Origin: Armatimonadota bacterium
GTDB taxonomy: Bacteria > Armatimonadota > UBA5829 > DSUL01
Assembly: GCA_039811685.1 (NCBI GenBank)
Contig: JBDHZC010000003.1
Coordinates: forward strand, 293,514-357,513
Direction: 5' to 3'
DNA length: 64,000 nucleotides
Shown: piece after piece, positions 40,761 to 49,778 of the stretch
Layout: each line of letters begins with the position of its first letter
Position numbering within the stretch: position 1 is the first letter of the stretch
Notes under the pieces: model-generated
Databases searched by the model: none
What the model saw: only the letters and a program-made list of their open reading frames with translations
What the model was told of the DNA's origin: nothing
Translations under genes and position numbers: made by a program

Positions 40761-42191
40761 ATGAAAAAACATCCCAATCTTCTTCTCATTGCCATCGACA
40801 GTCTTCGGCGTGACCATATGAGTCTGCACGGGTATCACCGGCTGACAACCCCGCATATAGACAGCTACTCGGAGCTGGGGACCGTCTTTGCGAAGTGCTT
40901 CAGCCCTCACATCCCAACGACTCCCGCTTACTCCAGTATGCTGACGGGAATGGATGCCTTTGGTACGGACGTTGTCGCGCTGCGCCACGAAGGCCCACTC
41001 GGTTCTCACGTTCGCACAATGCCGGAGGTTCTTGAGGAGCAGGGTTACAACACAGTGTGCGTGGGCTTCAGCGGCAATCCAGCCTCACGCGGCTTTCAGA
41101 AGTATCTGGATTTCAGTGGCTGGGGCTCTTTCAACGCGGGCCGCAGTCCGAAGGCGGAGAATCTCAACGAAGTCGCCCTGCCGGAGCTTCGCCGGCTGGC
41201 TGGTGAAGACAAACCTTTCTTCCTGTTTCTGCGGCACATGGACCCGCACTCCCCTTATCTTCCACCGCGTCCTTTCGAGCGGATGTTCTACGCTGGGGAC
41301 GAGTGCGACCCTGACAACCGGTCACTCGATCCGGTTTATGCGTTCAAGCCGTTTGCGGACTATCTGAGCAGCTGGTTTCCTCCCGGTTGTACCGATGCGG
41401 AGTATATCATCGCACAGTACGACGGCGCGGTGGCGTACATGGACGCCTGCATTCAGAACATCTTCGCTGAGCTCGAAGCGCTCGGAATTGAAGAGGAGAC
41501 GCTTGTGGTTATTAACGCGGACCACGGCGAAACACTTTACGATCACGATTGCTACTTTGACCACCACGGGCTCTACGAGCCGACGCTGGTTGTTCCGTTG
41601 ATTTTCCGCTTTCCGGGGCGAGTGCCGGAAGCTCTATGGTTTGAAGACTACTGCAGCCACAAAGACCTTATGCCGACCGTCATGGAACTGCTCAAGCTGA
41701 AGACAAAAATCAGGTTTGACGGACGCAGTCTTGTGCCGCTGATGCGTGGAGATGAGCGCAAGGTCGAGACCGAGTTCTATCTGACTGAGGCGACCTGGAT
41801 GCGCAAGCACGGCTGGAGAACGCCTGAGTGGAAGCTGATCCGCGCCCTGGAGCCGGACCTTCACTTCAAGCCGCCGGTAGAGCTGTACAATCTGATCAAA
41901 GACCCTGACGAAAACTGCAATGTCGCAGATCAGAATCCGGAGATCGTAAATGCTCTCACGCAGCGAATGGAGGCGCACATTGCCGCGCGTGAAAAGCAGA
42001 CGGGCCGCACTAATCCGGTTTTCACCAACTTGAACTGGCACGGGCAGGGCACAGGCCCGTTCCAGAGTTCAGAACAAGCTTACGAAAGCCTGTACATCGG
42101 TTCTCCATCTGCCGCTCAGAATCTGCAGCAGAAAGAGAAGGAGAAGGTAATGACAGAGCTTCAGAGACAGCGGGGCGCCAAGAAGCTGTAG
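40761..42191 (+). CDS. Sulfatase-like hydrolase (Thr at the nucleophile position)
   Basis: PNLLLIAIDSLR.DH, TPHID, PTTPAYSSMLTG, DPHSPY, ADHGE, VPLI, ELYNL..DP.E. Confidence 0.85.
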   Translation: MKKHPNLLLIAIDSLRRDHMSLHGYHRLTTPHIDSYSELGTVFAKCFSPHIPTTPAYSSMLTGMDAFGTDVVALRHEGPLGSHVRTMPEVLEEQGYNTVCVGFSGNPASRGFQKYLDFSGWGSFNAGRSPKAENLNEVALPELRRLAGEDKPFFLFLRHMDPHSPYLPPRPFERMFYAGDECDPDNRSLDPVYAFKPFADYLSSWFPPGCTDAEYIIAQYDGAVAYMDACIQNIFAELEALGIEEETLVVINADHGETLYDHDCYFDHHGLYEPTLVVPLIFRFPGRVPEALWFEDYCSHKDLMPTVMELLKLKTKIRFDGRSLVPLMRGDERKVETEFYLTEATWMRKHGWRTPEWKLIRALEPDLHFKPPVELYNLIKDPDENCNVADQNPEIVNALTQRMEAHIAAREKQTGRTNPVFTNLNWHGQGTGPFQSSEQAYESLYIGSPSAAQNLQQKEKEKVMTELQRQRGAKKL

Positions 42192-42218
42192 CCTGCCGCG
42201 CCTCCTCACAGTCGCAAT

Positions 42219-42956
42219 ATGCTTATTACTATAATTGGACGAGGCCACTCAGGCACGCGGGCTATGAGCCAGACTCTGCGGGACAGTGGCGTCTACATGG
42301 GAGCGCATCTCAACGACTCCTACGATCTCATTCCGCCTGACGATATGTACGAGGCCTGCCGCGTCATGGCCCGGAAGGTGCGCTATCTGGGTGGCCTTGA
42401 GTGGGATTTTTCCGCGCTGCATGCTGGCCCGATTGATCCGGCCTTTACACGCCTTGTCGAGTCCTTCCTCGCCTCTGTGCTGTCCAGCGACGCTTCGCGC
42501 AAAGGCTGGAAGCTGCCAGAGACAACACTCGTCTATCCATGGATGGTGAGGCTGTTTCCAGAGGCTTACTACATTCACTGGGTGCGCGATCCTCGGGATT
42601 CGATTCTTGGGTCGCACGTGACAGACGATCTGTCTGACTTTGGCGTTGACTACGACCGCACAGACGACGTCCGGTTGCGCCGCGCGATAAGTTGGAAGTA
42701 CCAGCAGGAGATTGTCAAGGCGACTCCGCCTGCTCGCAACAGCTATGGCGTGCGCTTCGAAGACTTTGTCTTGCGACAGAATCAGACGCTGCGGGGACTC
42801 GAGTCATTTCTCGGGTTTGACCTGGTGAGCATTCCTGTCCAGACAGCGCCCGTCGGCCGATGGAAAAGCGACGACGGCGTTCATATGTTTGACTTCTTTG
42901 CGGCCAATATGGGAGAGCTGGGGTACGAGCTGGAGGCTGGCAGTGTCGAGGCTTAG
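42219..42956 (+). CDS. Sulfotransferase family protein
   Basis: 5'-PSB-like GRGHSGT, GWKLP, 3'-PB-like VRDPRD, VRFEDF, VGRWK. Confidence 0.78.
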   Translation: MLITIIGRGHSGTRAMSQTLRDSGVYMGAHLNDSYDLIPPDDMYEACRVMARKVRYLGGLEWDFSALHAGPIDPAFTRLVESFLASVLSSDASRKGWKLPETTLVYPWMVRLFPEAYYIHWVRDPRDSILGSHVTDDLSDFGVDYDRTDDVRLRRAISWKYQQEIVKATPPARNSYGVRFEDFVLRQNQTLRGLESFLGFDLVSIPVQTAPVGRWKSDDGVHMFDFFAANMGELGYELEAGSVEA

Positions 42957-43950
42957 GATTGCCATTATTGGCATGGGCTACATCGGCAACCTGCACGCGC
43001 AGATCTATCAGACCGATGAGTTGTGTGAACTGGTCGGCGTCTGCGACATCAGGGAGGACAGACGCAGCGAAGCCTCAAGCCGCTTTGGGGTTCCCGGGTT
43101 TCTTGATGCGCAGGAAATGCTGGATGCTCTGAAACCGGACATTTGCAGCGTAGCCACAGGGGGTTACGAATACTCAAGCGATCACTTTGAGCCTACTATC
43201 CAGGCTCTTGAAGCCGGATGCCACGTCCTGTGCGAAAAGCCCATCTGCAACGATATCAGCAAAGCCCAGGTTATGGTGGAGACTGCGCAAAAACTCCAGC
43301 GTTGCTTCGCGATAGACTTTAACCACCGCTTCACGCCAGCCGCCCGCATCGCCAGAAAGTGGTTGGACGAAGGAAGGCTCGGCTCGCTGCTTTTCGTCAA
43401 CATGGCGCTGTGGATTGGCCGGCCGGCAGACGAAGACTCCGAGTTCTACCACCTCAAGGCACTAAATCCGCACTCAATCGATATGATTCGCCACTTCTGC
43501 GGCGACATAGAGAAAGTGCAGTGCTTCGCTATGAAGTCTCCCGGACGCTCAATGTACTCTACAGCGTCCTTCAACTTCCACCTGCGCAGCGGCGCCGTAG
43601 GTCACCTCACGTCCAGCTATGATATCGGCCGTGGCCATCCGATGGAGCGCTGTGAAGTGGCTGGTCTGAAGGGGCGTTTTGTGCTGGAGGACATGTGGCG
43701 GGAAGCGACGCTGTACCCGGCAGATGATCTGGTCAAGCAGGTCTATACGAATCCCGTGTTCGGCGGATATGGCGGCTTTGACGATACTTTTCGCGAACGC
43801 CTGCGCACGTGGGTGCGCCAGATTTCCGGCGGAGCGACTCCTGAGCAGATAGACGGAAGCGGAGCGGACGGGCTCGCAGCTCAGAGAGTCATCGAAGCCG
43901 CAATTCAGTCCATAAGAACGGGCTCAATCGTCAGAGTTGACTCGATCTAG
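42943..43950 (+). CDS. Gfo/Idh/MocA family oxidoreductase (paralog of 38870)
   Basis: IAIIGMGYIG, HVLCEKPI, NHRFTP. GTG start after GGAGG. Confidence 0.9.
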   Translation: MSRLRIAIIGMGYIGNLHAQIYQTDELCELVGVCDIREDRRSEASSRFGVPGFLDAQEMLDALKPDICSVATGGYEYSSDHFEPTIQALEAGCHVLCEKPICNDISKAQVMVETAQKLQRCFAIDFNHRFTPAARIARKWLDEGRLGSLLFVNMALWIGRPADEDSEFYHLKALNPHSIDMIRHFCGDIEKVQCFAMKSPGRSMYSTASFNFHLRSGAVGHLTSSYDIGRGHPMERCEVAGLKGRFVLEDMWREATLYPADDLVKQVYTNPVFGGYGGFDDTFRERLRTWVRQISGGATPEQIDGSGADGLAAQRVIEAAIQSIRTGSIVRVDSI

Positions 43951-44217
43951 GCAGGAGCTAAGCGCCTTTTCACGGAAAGAGTCCGCGGGCAACCGGTCCC
44001 CTTGTACACAGACGAAGCAATCCCTTGTCGGCCGGGTGTGCACCGAGTGCGTCCGCCCGATGAGCTCATCAACAGCTTTAGGCTAGCCGCTGGCTTTGTC
44101 AGCAGTTGAACTTCGTCCTGTGTAGCTGGTCCTGGGGCAATCTTTGGCGCCGTAAGTTTCAGATCGTTACAGGCGCCTCTGAAGCTGCCTTTTACCGGAC
44201 ACTTTTGCGGAGGAATA

Positions 44218-45492
44218 ATGACCCAGAACAACAATCCAAAGCATCCTATAACGCGCCGAGACTTAATTCGCACTGCCTCTGTTGTCGCTGGCGGCGCGCT
44301 GGCGTCCCGTCTCTTTGGCGCTGAGGGCAAAGCGCCCGCCGTCATACGTTCGAGAGGGTCCAGTAATTTGAAGGGTAAGAAAGTTCGCTTCGGTGTAGTC
44401 GGGGGCGGGTTCGGCTCCAATTTCGAGTGGCATGAAGATCCGGATTGTATTGTTGAAGCGGTCAGTGACTTGCGTCCAGAGAGACTTCAGAATCTGGTCA
44501 ACGCGTACAAGCCAAAGAAGACCTATCCGTCACTGGAAGAGCTGATTAAAGACCCTGATGTGGACGCTGTGGCGATCTTCACCGGTGCGCCCGACCATGT
44601 GAGGCATTGTAAGCTCGCCCTGAACGCGGGCAAACACGTGATATGCGCTGTTCCTGCGGCCATGTCTATTGCGGAGTGTGAAGACCTCCTGCAAACTGTG
44701 GAGCGCACCGGGTTGACGTATATGATGGCGGAAACGAGCTACTACCGGCAGCCGATGATCTCAGCCCGTGAGTGGTGGAAGTCGGGGAAATTTGGCACGC
44801 TCTTCTATACGGAAGCGGAATACCATCACCCGGGTATCGAGATTCTGGGCATGGAAAACGGCAAGCGAACGTGGCGCTACGGTTTTCCACCGATGCACTA
44901 CCCGACACACTGCACGGCTTTCCTTGTCGGCCTCACGAACGAGCGCCTGACAGAAGTGAGCTGCATAGGGTGGGGCGATGGTGACCCCATACTCAAGGAT
45001 AACGCCTACAAGAACCCGTTCTGGAATGAGACGGCCTTCTTCAAGACCAATCAGGGCCACAGCATGCGGGTAGCGGTCTACTGGCGCGGAGCGATGCGCG
45101 GCACGGAGCGCGCTCAGTGGTACGGGGATAAGATGAGCTTTTTCATGGGACAGCCTAACGGCCTTGGACCGGTTATCGTCCGGTCACAGGAAGTGGAAGA
45201 GACGGACGACGCCGGTTTCAAGCGCACTAGCCCGACTTTTGAGAACTACCAGCAGCCAAAGTACTACGAGACAGACATGCTCCCTGAGCCAATGCGCCAC
45301 GGAAGCGGGCACGACGGATCGCATCCGTTTCTGACGCATGAGTTCATTGACTGCCTGGTGAACGACCGTCCACCGGCCATCGACATTTTTCAGGCGCTGG
45401 CCTACACAGCTCCCGGTATCATTGCGCATGAGTCTGCTCTGAAAGGCGGGAAGCAGCTCAAAATACCGCAATTTGACCGCCCGGCCGGTTGA
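44218..45492 (+). CDS. Tat-exported Gfo/Idh/MocA oxidoreductase, GH109-like
   Basis: ITRRDLI twin-arginine leader, GVVGGGFG, AGKHV.CAVP, YMMAETSYY, HYPTH, GHDGSH. Confidence 0.82.
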   Translation: MTQNNNPKHPITRRDLIRTASVVAGGALASRLFGAEGKAPAVIRSRGSSNLKGKKVRFGVVGGGFGSNFEWHEDPDCIVEAVSDLRPERLQNLVNAYKPKKTYPSLEELIKDPDVDAVAIFTGAPDHVRHCKLALNAGKHVICAVPAAMSIAECEDLLQTVERTGLTYMMAETSYYRQPMISAREWWKSGKFGTLFYTEAEYHHPGIEILGMENGKRTWRYGFPPMHYPTHCTAFLVGLTNERLTEVSCIGWGDGDPILKDNAYKNPFWNETAFFKTNQGHSMRVAVYWRGAMRGTERAQWYGDKMSFFMGQPNGLGPVIVRSQEVEETDDAGFKRTSPTFENYQQPKYYETDMLPEPMRHGSGHDGSHPFLTHEFIDCLVNDRPPAIDIFQALAYTAPGIIAHESALKGGKQLKIPQFDRPAG

Positions 45493-45499
45493 TGCGCTC

Positions 45500-46945
45500 T
45501 CAGTCCAGTCCCAGGTCCTTCCAGTAGCCGTCCACTCGCCGTTTGACGTCGTCTGTCATCACGATCTCGTTTGGCCACCGGCCGGTGTACCCTTCGTCTG
45601 GCCACTTTCTGGTAGCGTCAAAGCCGAGCTTGCCGGAGGTGTCAGGAATCTGCGCTGCGTGGTCCAGAACGTCGGTTGGACCATAGGCAGTCTCGATGTC
45701 CCGGCGCGGATCGGTGGCCGTACCCAGCCTCCAGATGACCTCCTGCATGTCGTGGACGTTTGCGTGTGCGTCCAGAACGATGATGTACTTCGTGAACATC
45801 ATCTGCCCCAGCCCCCAGATCGCGTGCATCACTTTGCGCGCGTGCGCTGGGTAGCGTTTGTTAATGGAGACGATGCAGAAGTTGTGGAAAATGCCTTCGA
45901 CGGGCAGGTTGATGTCCACGACTTCCGGCAGCGTCTTTCTGATGAGTGGCAGGAAGATGCGCTCCGTCGCCTTTCCGAGCCATCCGTCCTCCATTGGCGG
46001 ACGGCCAACTATGGTCGTAGCGTAGATTGGATTGCGCTGGTGCGTGATCGCCTTCAGATGAAAGACAGGGTAGTCGTCGTCCAGGGAGTAGAATCCGGTA
46101 TGGTCCCCAAATGGGCCCTCGCGACGTCGCTCACGCGGCTCAACGCGGCCTTCCAGAACAATCTGCGAGTTCGCCGGTACCCACTGATTGATTGTCCTGC
46201 ATCTAACGATTTCCACCTTCTCTCTGCGTAGAAATCCCGCCAGCATCAACTCACTGATCTCTTCCGGAAGCGGCGCGGTCGCGGAGTAGGTGATGGACGG
46301 GTCGGGTCCAATGGCAATGGCGACGTCCAGTCCTTCGCCGCGCTCCTCCGCCACTCGATAGTGCTCAGCGCCGCCTTTATGCCGTTGCCAATGCATTCCA
46401 AGTGTGCGCTCATCGTACTTCTGCAGGCGATACATCCCGACGTTGCGCGTGCCTTTTTCAGGATGAGTCGTAAAGGTCAAACCAAGCGTGATGTAAGGGC
46501 CGCCATCTTCTGGCCAGCAGGTCAGAATTGGCAGATCGTTCAGTGTCGCCTCTGCGCCCGCCTTTATGACTTCGTGACAGGGCGCTGACCTGACCTCTTT
46601 GGGCATAAGGTCGTTCAGGCGCGCCAACTTCGGCAGCATACCAATCTTGCCGCTCAGCGTCTTCGGGACATCTGGAGTCAGCAGATCGTCAATCTGCTCC
46701 GCAATACTGTCAAGATCGTTTTCGACGGCCATCTCCATGCGCCTCTTTGAGCCGAAGGCGTTGATGAGCACGGGAATGGAGGAGCCTTTGACGTTAGTGA
46801 ATAAGAGCGCGGGCCCCTCGCGTTTGGAAACGCGGTCCGTGATCTCTGTAATCTCAAGATGCGGGTCAACCGGATAAGTGATTGTCTTGAGCTCTCCGGC
46901 GCTTTTCAGCTTCTCTACAAAGTCTTTGAGGTCTTTATAAGCCAA
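45500..46945 (-). CDS. ubiD: UbiD family decarboxylase (menaquinone biosynthesis, MqnL-type)
   Basis: LEITEI, GPALLF, NVGMYRLQ, EGPFGDHTGFYS, GRPPMED, LDHA, GKLGFDATRKW. Confidence 0.9.
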   Translation of the reverse strand: MAYKDLKDFVEKLKSAGELKTITYPVDPHLEITEITDRVSKREGPALLFTNVKGSSIPVLINAFGSKRRMEMAVENDLDSIAEQIDDLLTPDVPKTLSGKIGMLPKLARLNDLMPKEVRSAPCHEVIKAGAEATLNDLPILTCWPEDGGPYITLGLTFTTHPEKGTRNVGMYRLQKYDERTLGMHWQRHKGGAEHYRVAEERGEGLDVAIAIGPDPSITYSATAPLPEEISELMLAGFLRREKVEIVRCRTINQWVPANSQIVLEGRVEPRERRREGPFGDHTGFYSLDDDYPVFHLKAITHQRNPIYATTIVGRPPMEDGWLGKATERIFLPLIRKTLPEVVDINLPVEGIFHNFCIVSINKRYPAHARKVMHAIWGLGQMMFTKYIIVLDAHANVHDMQEVIWRLGTATDPRRDIETAYGPTDVLDHAAQIPDTSGKLGFDATRKWPDEGYTGRWPNEIVMTDDVKRRVDGYWKDLGLD

Positions 46946-46965
46946 CAGTCACAGTCTTTCGCTGA

Positions 46966-47343
46966 TCACAGACGCTGACGGCCGACAAACCCTGCTTCAA
47001 GGTCGTGCCAGAACTCGACAGTCTCTTCTCCGAGGCGGTAGCACAGAAACACTTCCCGTCCGTCACGTATATGCGGAAAGTCCACCAACCCGATGCTCAG
47101 ATCCTTCACTTGGACACCCAGCTCCGTCAGAGAAAGCACAATCTGATTTATCTGAAGCGCAGCTTCCGCGGCGTCTGCTGCTCCAGGGCTCATGTCAGCG
47201 GTCGATTCTGTAGAGTAATCACCGGTATCCGGCGCGCCAAACAGTTTTCTCCGAAGCTTCGCGATGCGCGCAAAGGACTCTCGTACGACCGGGAGCAGCG
47301 CCTGTGCTTCATTCAGCGAGAAGTGCTTCTCAAAGTAAGCCAT
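46966..47343 (-). CDS. DUF2203 domain protein
   Basis: FSLNEAQALLP, LGVQVKD...GLVDFP, VFLCYRLGE, FWHDLEAGFVGR. Start refined to ATG 47343. Confidence 0.85.
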   Translation of the reverse strand: MAYFEKHFSLNEAQALLPVVRESFARIAKLRRKLFGAPDTGDYSTESTADMSPGAADAAEAALQINQIVLSLTELGVQVKDLSIGLVDFPHIRDGREVFLCYRLGEETVEFWHDLEAGFVGRQRL

Positions 47344-47347
47344 CGCC

Positions 47348-47740
47348 TCAGCCGACGAGTTCTTTTTCTGTGCGTTGTACGCCACCCTGCGGGCGCTGAT
47401 TCGTCGCCAGTTTGCCGAGGATGGTATCCATAGCGCTCAACAGCTTTGAGTTAGTCATGACCGTTTCCACGCCAGCTTTCTTGGCCTCCTTGCGCATCTC
47501 GACCTGAGAGTGACAGCTGAAAGCCAGCACTTTCGCGCTTGAATGAGCTTTCGCATGCGCAATAAACTCCAGTGCGCCCGGAGCGTTCAAGTCAGCAATG
47601 ACGGCCTTGACCTCGTCAGACAACAGGGATATGGCGACAGAAGGCGTGGAGGCCAGAGCGCATTCAATGCCCAGATCCTGTAGCTTACGTTCAATGCGCG
47701 TTACAAATACAAGATTGTTTTCGAGTACGACGACTTTCAA
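47348..47740 (-). CDS. Atypical single-domain receiver (CheY-like) protein
   Basis: Beta/alpha pattern KVVVLEN, AVIADLN, KVLAFS, A.KAG. Confidence 0.6.
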   Translation of the reverse strand: MKVVVLENNLVFVTRIERKLQDLGIECALASTPSVAISLLSDEVKAVIADLNAPGALEFIAHAKAHSSAKVLAFSCHSQVEMRKEAKKAGVETVMTNSKLLSAMDTILGKLATNQRPQGGVQRTEKELVG

Positions 47741-47749
47741 TCTACTACC

Positions 47750-48292
47750 TCACTTCTCCCAGATGATATCCGTTCTTCCCGCGTGTTGATTTTGGTAGCG
47801 TGCCATAACAAACAGCAGGTCGGAAAGGCGGTTGGTATAGCCGAGACAGATTTCTGGGAGTTCTGACTCCCGTGAGAGAGTCACCAGACTTCGCTCTGCG
47901 CGTCGGCACACTGTCCGAGCCAGGTGCAGCGTTGCTGCCGCCGGGTCTCCTCCGGGCAGGATAAAATGCGTCAGCTTTGGTAGCGACTGCTCGAGTGAGT
48001 CGATTTCCCCCTCAAGCTTGCTGATATGCTCCGGTGTGATCTGAGGAATGGAGGACACCGCCCGATTGTCTGTCTGTGCAGTCATAGCGCCAAGGAGAAA
48101 CAGCTCCCGCTGCACACGCTTCAGGATTGAGGCAAGTTCCTCGGCAACTGGAAGACTCAGCGCGCACCCTATCGTTGCATTGAGCTCGTCCAGACTGCCA
48201 CATGCGCTGATCCGGACGTGGTCTTTTGGGACACGCTCTGCGCCCAGCGTGCCAGTCTCGCCGCCGTCCCCCGCTCGCGTGTAAATCTTCAC
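47750..48292 (-). CDS. pduO: ATP:cob(I)alamin adenosyltransferase (PduO type)
   Basis: KIYTRAGDGGET, GSLDELNA, FILPGG, LHLARTVCRRAER, NRLSDLLF. Confidence 0.93.
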   Translation of the reverse strand: MKIYTRAGDGGETGTLGAERVPKDHVRISACGSLDELNATIGCALSLPVAEELASILKRVQRELFLLGAMTAQTDNRAVSSIPQITPEHISKLEGEIDSLEQSLPKLTHFILPGGDPAAATLHLARTVCRRAERSLVTLSRESELPEICLGYTNRLSDLLFVMARYQNQHAGRTDIIWEK

Positions 48293-49638
48293 CTGAGAGC
48301 GCCTGCTGCTGCGAGTGCGTCTGATGTGGCGCGGCTCTGCTCCCAGTGCCCTATAAGAGTGTGAGCAGTCGCATCCACAATTTGCAGGCTTATAACGTCC
48401 CCGGGTGAAACCAGCTCCTCTGAGGCATCAAAAACTACCTGCTTGAACTCAGACGTCCGCCCGAACATCTGCCCGTTCAGCCGCTTGGAAACTCCCTCAA
48501 CCAGCACATCGCATCTCTGCCCAATGCAGTTTTGCTGGATTTCGTGGCTGATGGCTTCCTGCGCGTCTATAAGCTGCTTCAACCTCAGCCCCTTTGTCTC
48601 TTCATCAATCTCTTCGTCCCATCGCCACGCCGCCGTCTGAGACCGCTTGGAGTACTTGAACATGAAAGCGAAGTCAAACCGCGCCCGTCTCACGTATTCC
48701 AGAGTCTGTTCAAAGTCCGCCTCAGTCTCCGAATGAAAGCCCACGATAAGGTCTGTGGACACGGCCAGGGTGGGGATGGCGGAGCGCATTTTTCTCAGCA
48801 TTTCATCGTACTGCTCAATAGTATAGCGGCGCTTCATCGTCTTGAGGACACTGTTGGAAGCTGACTGCAGAGGCAGATGGACGTGGCGTCCCACTTTTGG
48901 CTCTCTTGCGATCACATCAATGAGTTTGTCCGAAAACTCTGTTGGATAAGGCGAAGTGTAGCGAATCCGCACCAGGTCCGGAATGCGCGAGAGCGTCTCC
49001 AGCAGATCTGCAAAGTCGGACTCCCCGTCACTGTAGCTGTTGACTGTCTGCCCGAGCAGCGTCACTTCCCGCACGCCCTGCTTCGTCAGCTCTTTCACCT
49101 CTTTGACGATGTCCGGCAGCGGAACGCACCGCTCCCGTCCGCGCACCGCCGGAACAATGCAGTACGAGCACACTTTGTCGCACCCGCGTTGAATCGTAAC
49201 AAATGCCGAGATACCATCTCGGCGAGCCGGCATGACACCGTCGTAGATCTCCTGATGGTCCAGACGCACATCCAGCACACGCTCACTACCAGCCTGCTCC
49301 AGCAGTTCGCCAATCCGCCTGTACGAGTCCGGCCCCGCTACGAGGTCAACAAAACGCGATTTCTCCAGCAGTCTGTCTTTCAGGTGCTGAGCCATACAGC
49401 CGAGAATCCCGATCAAGACGTCGGGGCGCGCGTGCTTATACTGCGCCAGCTCACCCACACGCCCAAATATCCGGTCCTCAGCATGCTCTCTCACCGCACA
49501 GGTGTTTATGAGAATGGCGTCTGCCCCAGAGGGTGTATCCACAAAGCTATAGCCACGCTCCAGCAAAACGCCTTTCACAAGCTCGCTGTCCGCCACGTTC
49601 ATCTGACAGCCGTATGTTTCGATGTAGATATTCTTCAT
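48289..49638 (-). CDS. miaB: tRNA-2-methylthio-N6-dimethylallyladenosine synthase
   Basis: TYGCQMN..DSE, NTCAVRE, GCMAQ, radical SAM CDKVCSYC, LLGQTVNSY, C-terminal TRAM domain. ATG 49638 (GTG 49647 alternative). Confidence 0.93.
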   Translation of the reverse strand: MKNIYIETYGCQMNVADSELVKGVLLERGYSFVDTPSGADAILINTCAVREHAEDRIFGRVGELAQYKHARPDVLIGILGCMAQHLKDRLLEKSRFVDLVAGPDSYRRIGELLEQAGSERVLDVRLDHQEIYDGVMPARRDGISAFVTIQRGCDKVCSYCIVPAVRGRERCVPLPDIVKEVKELTKQGVREVTLLGQTVNSYSDGESDFADLLETLSRIPDLVRIRYTSPYPTEFSDKLIDVIAREPKVGRHVHLPLQSASNSVLKTMKRRYTIEQYDEMLRKMRSAIPTLAVSTDLIVGFHSETEADFEQTLEYVRRARFDFAFMFKYSKRSQTAAWRWDEEIDEETKGLRLKQLIDAQEAISHEIQQNCIGQRCDVLVEGVSKRLNGQMFGRTSEFKQVVFDASEELVSPGDVISLQIVDATAHTLIGHWEQSRATSDALAAAGALR

Positions 49639-49778
49639 TTCAACCACGCGGATGTTTTAGTGTGCGCAACCGGGCTGTAAGGCGTCCGCAACGTGAACGC
49701 CAGCAACGCTCCTCAACGTTGTCCGTTCGGACTACAGCCCTGCGCAGGCTCCCGCAAATACTGTTGCTGTGCCAGTCG

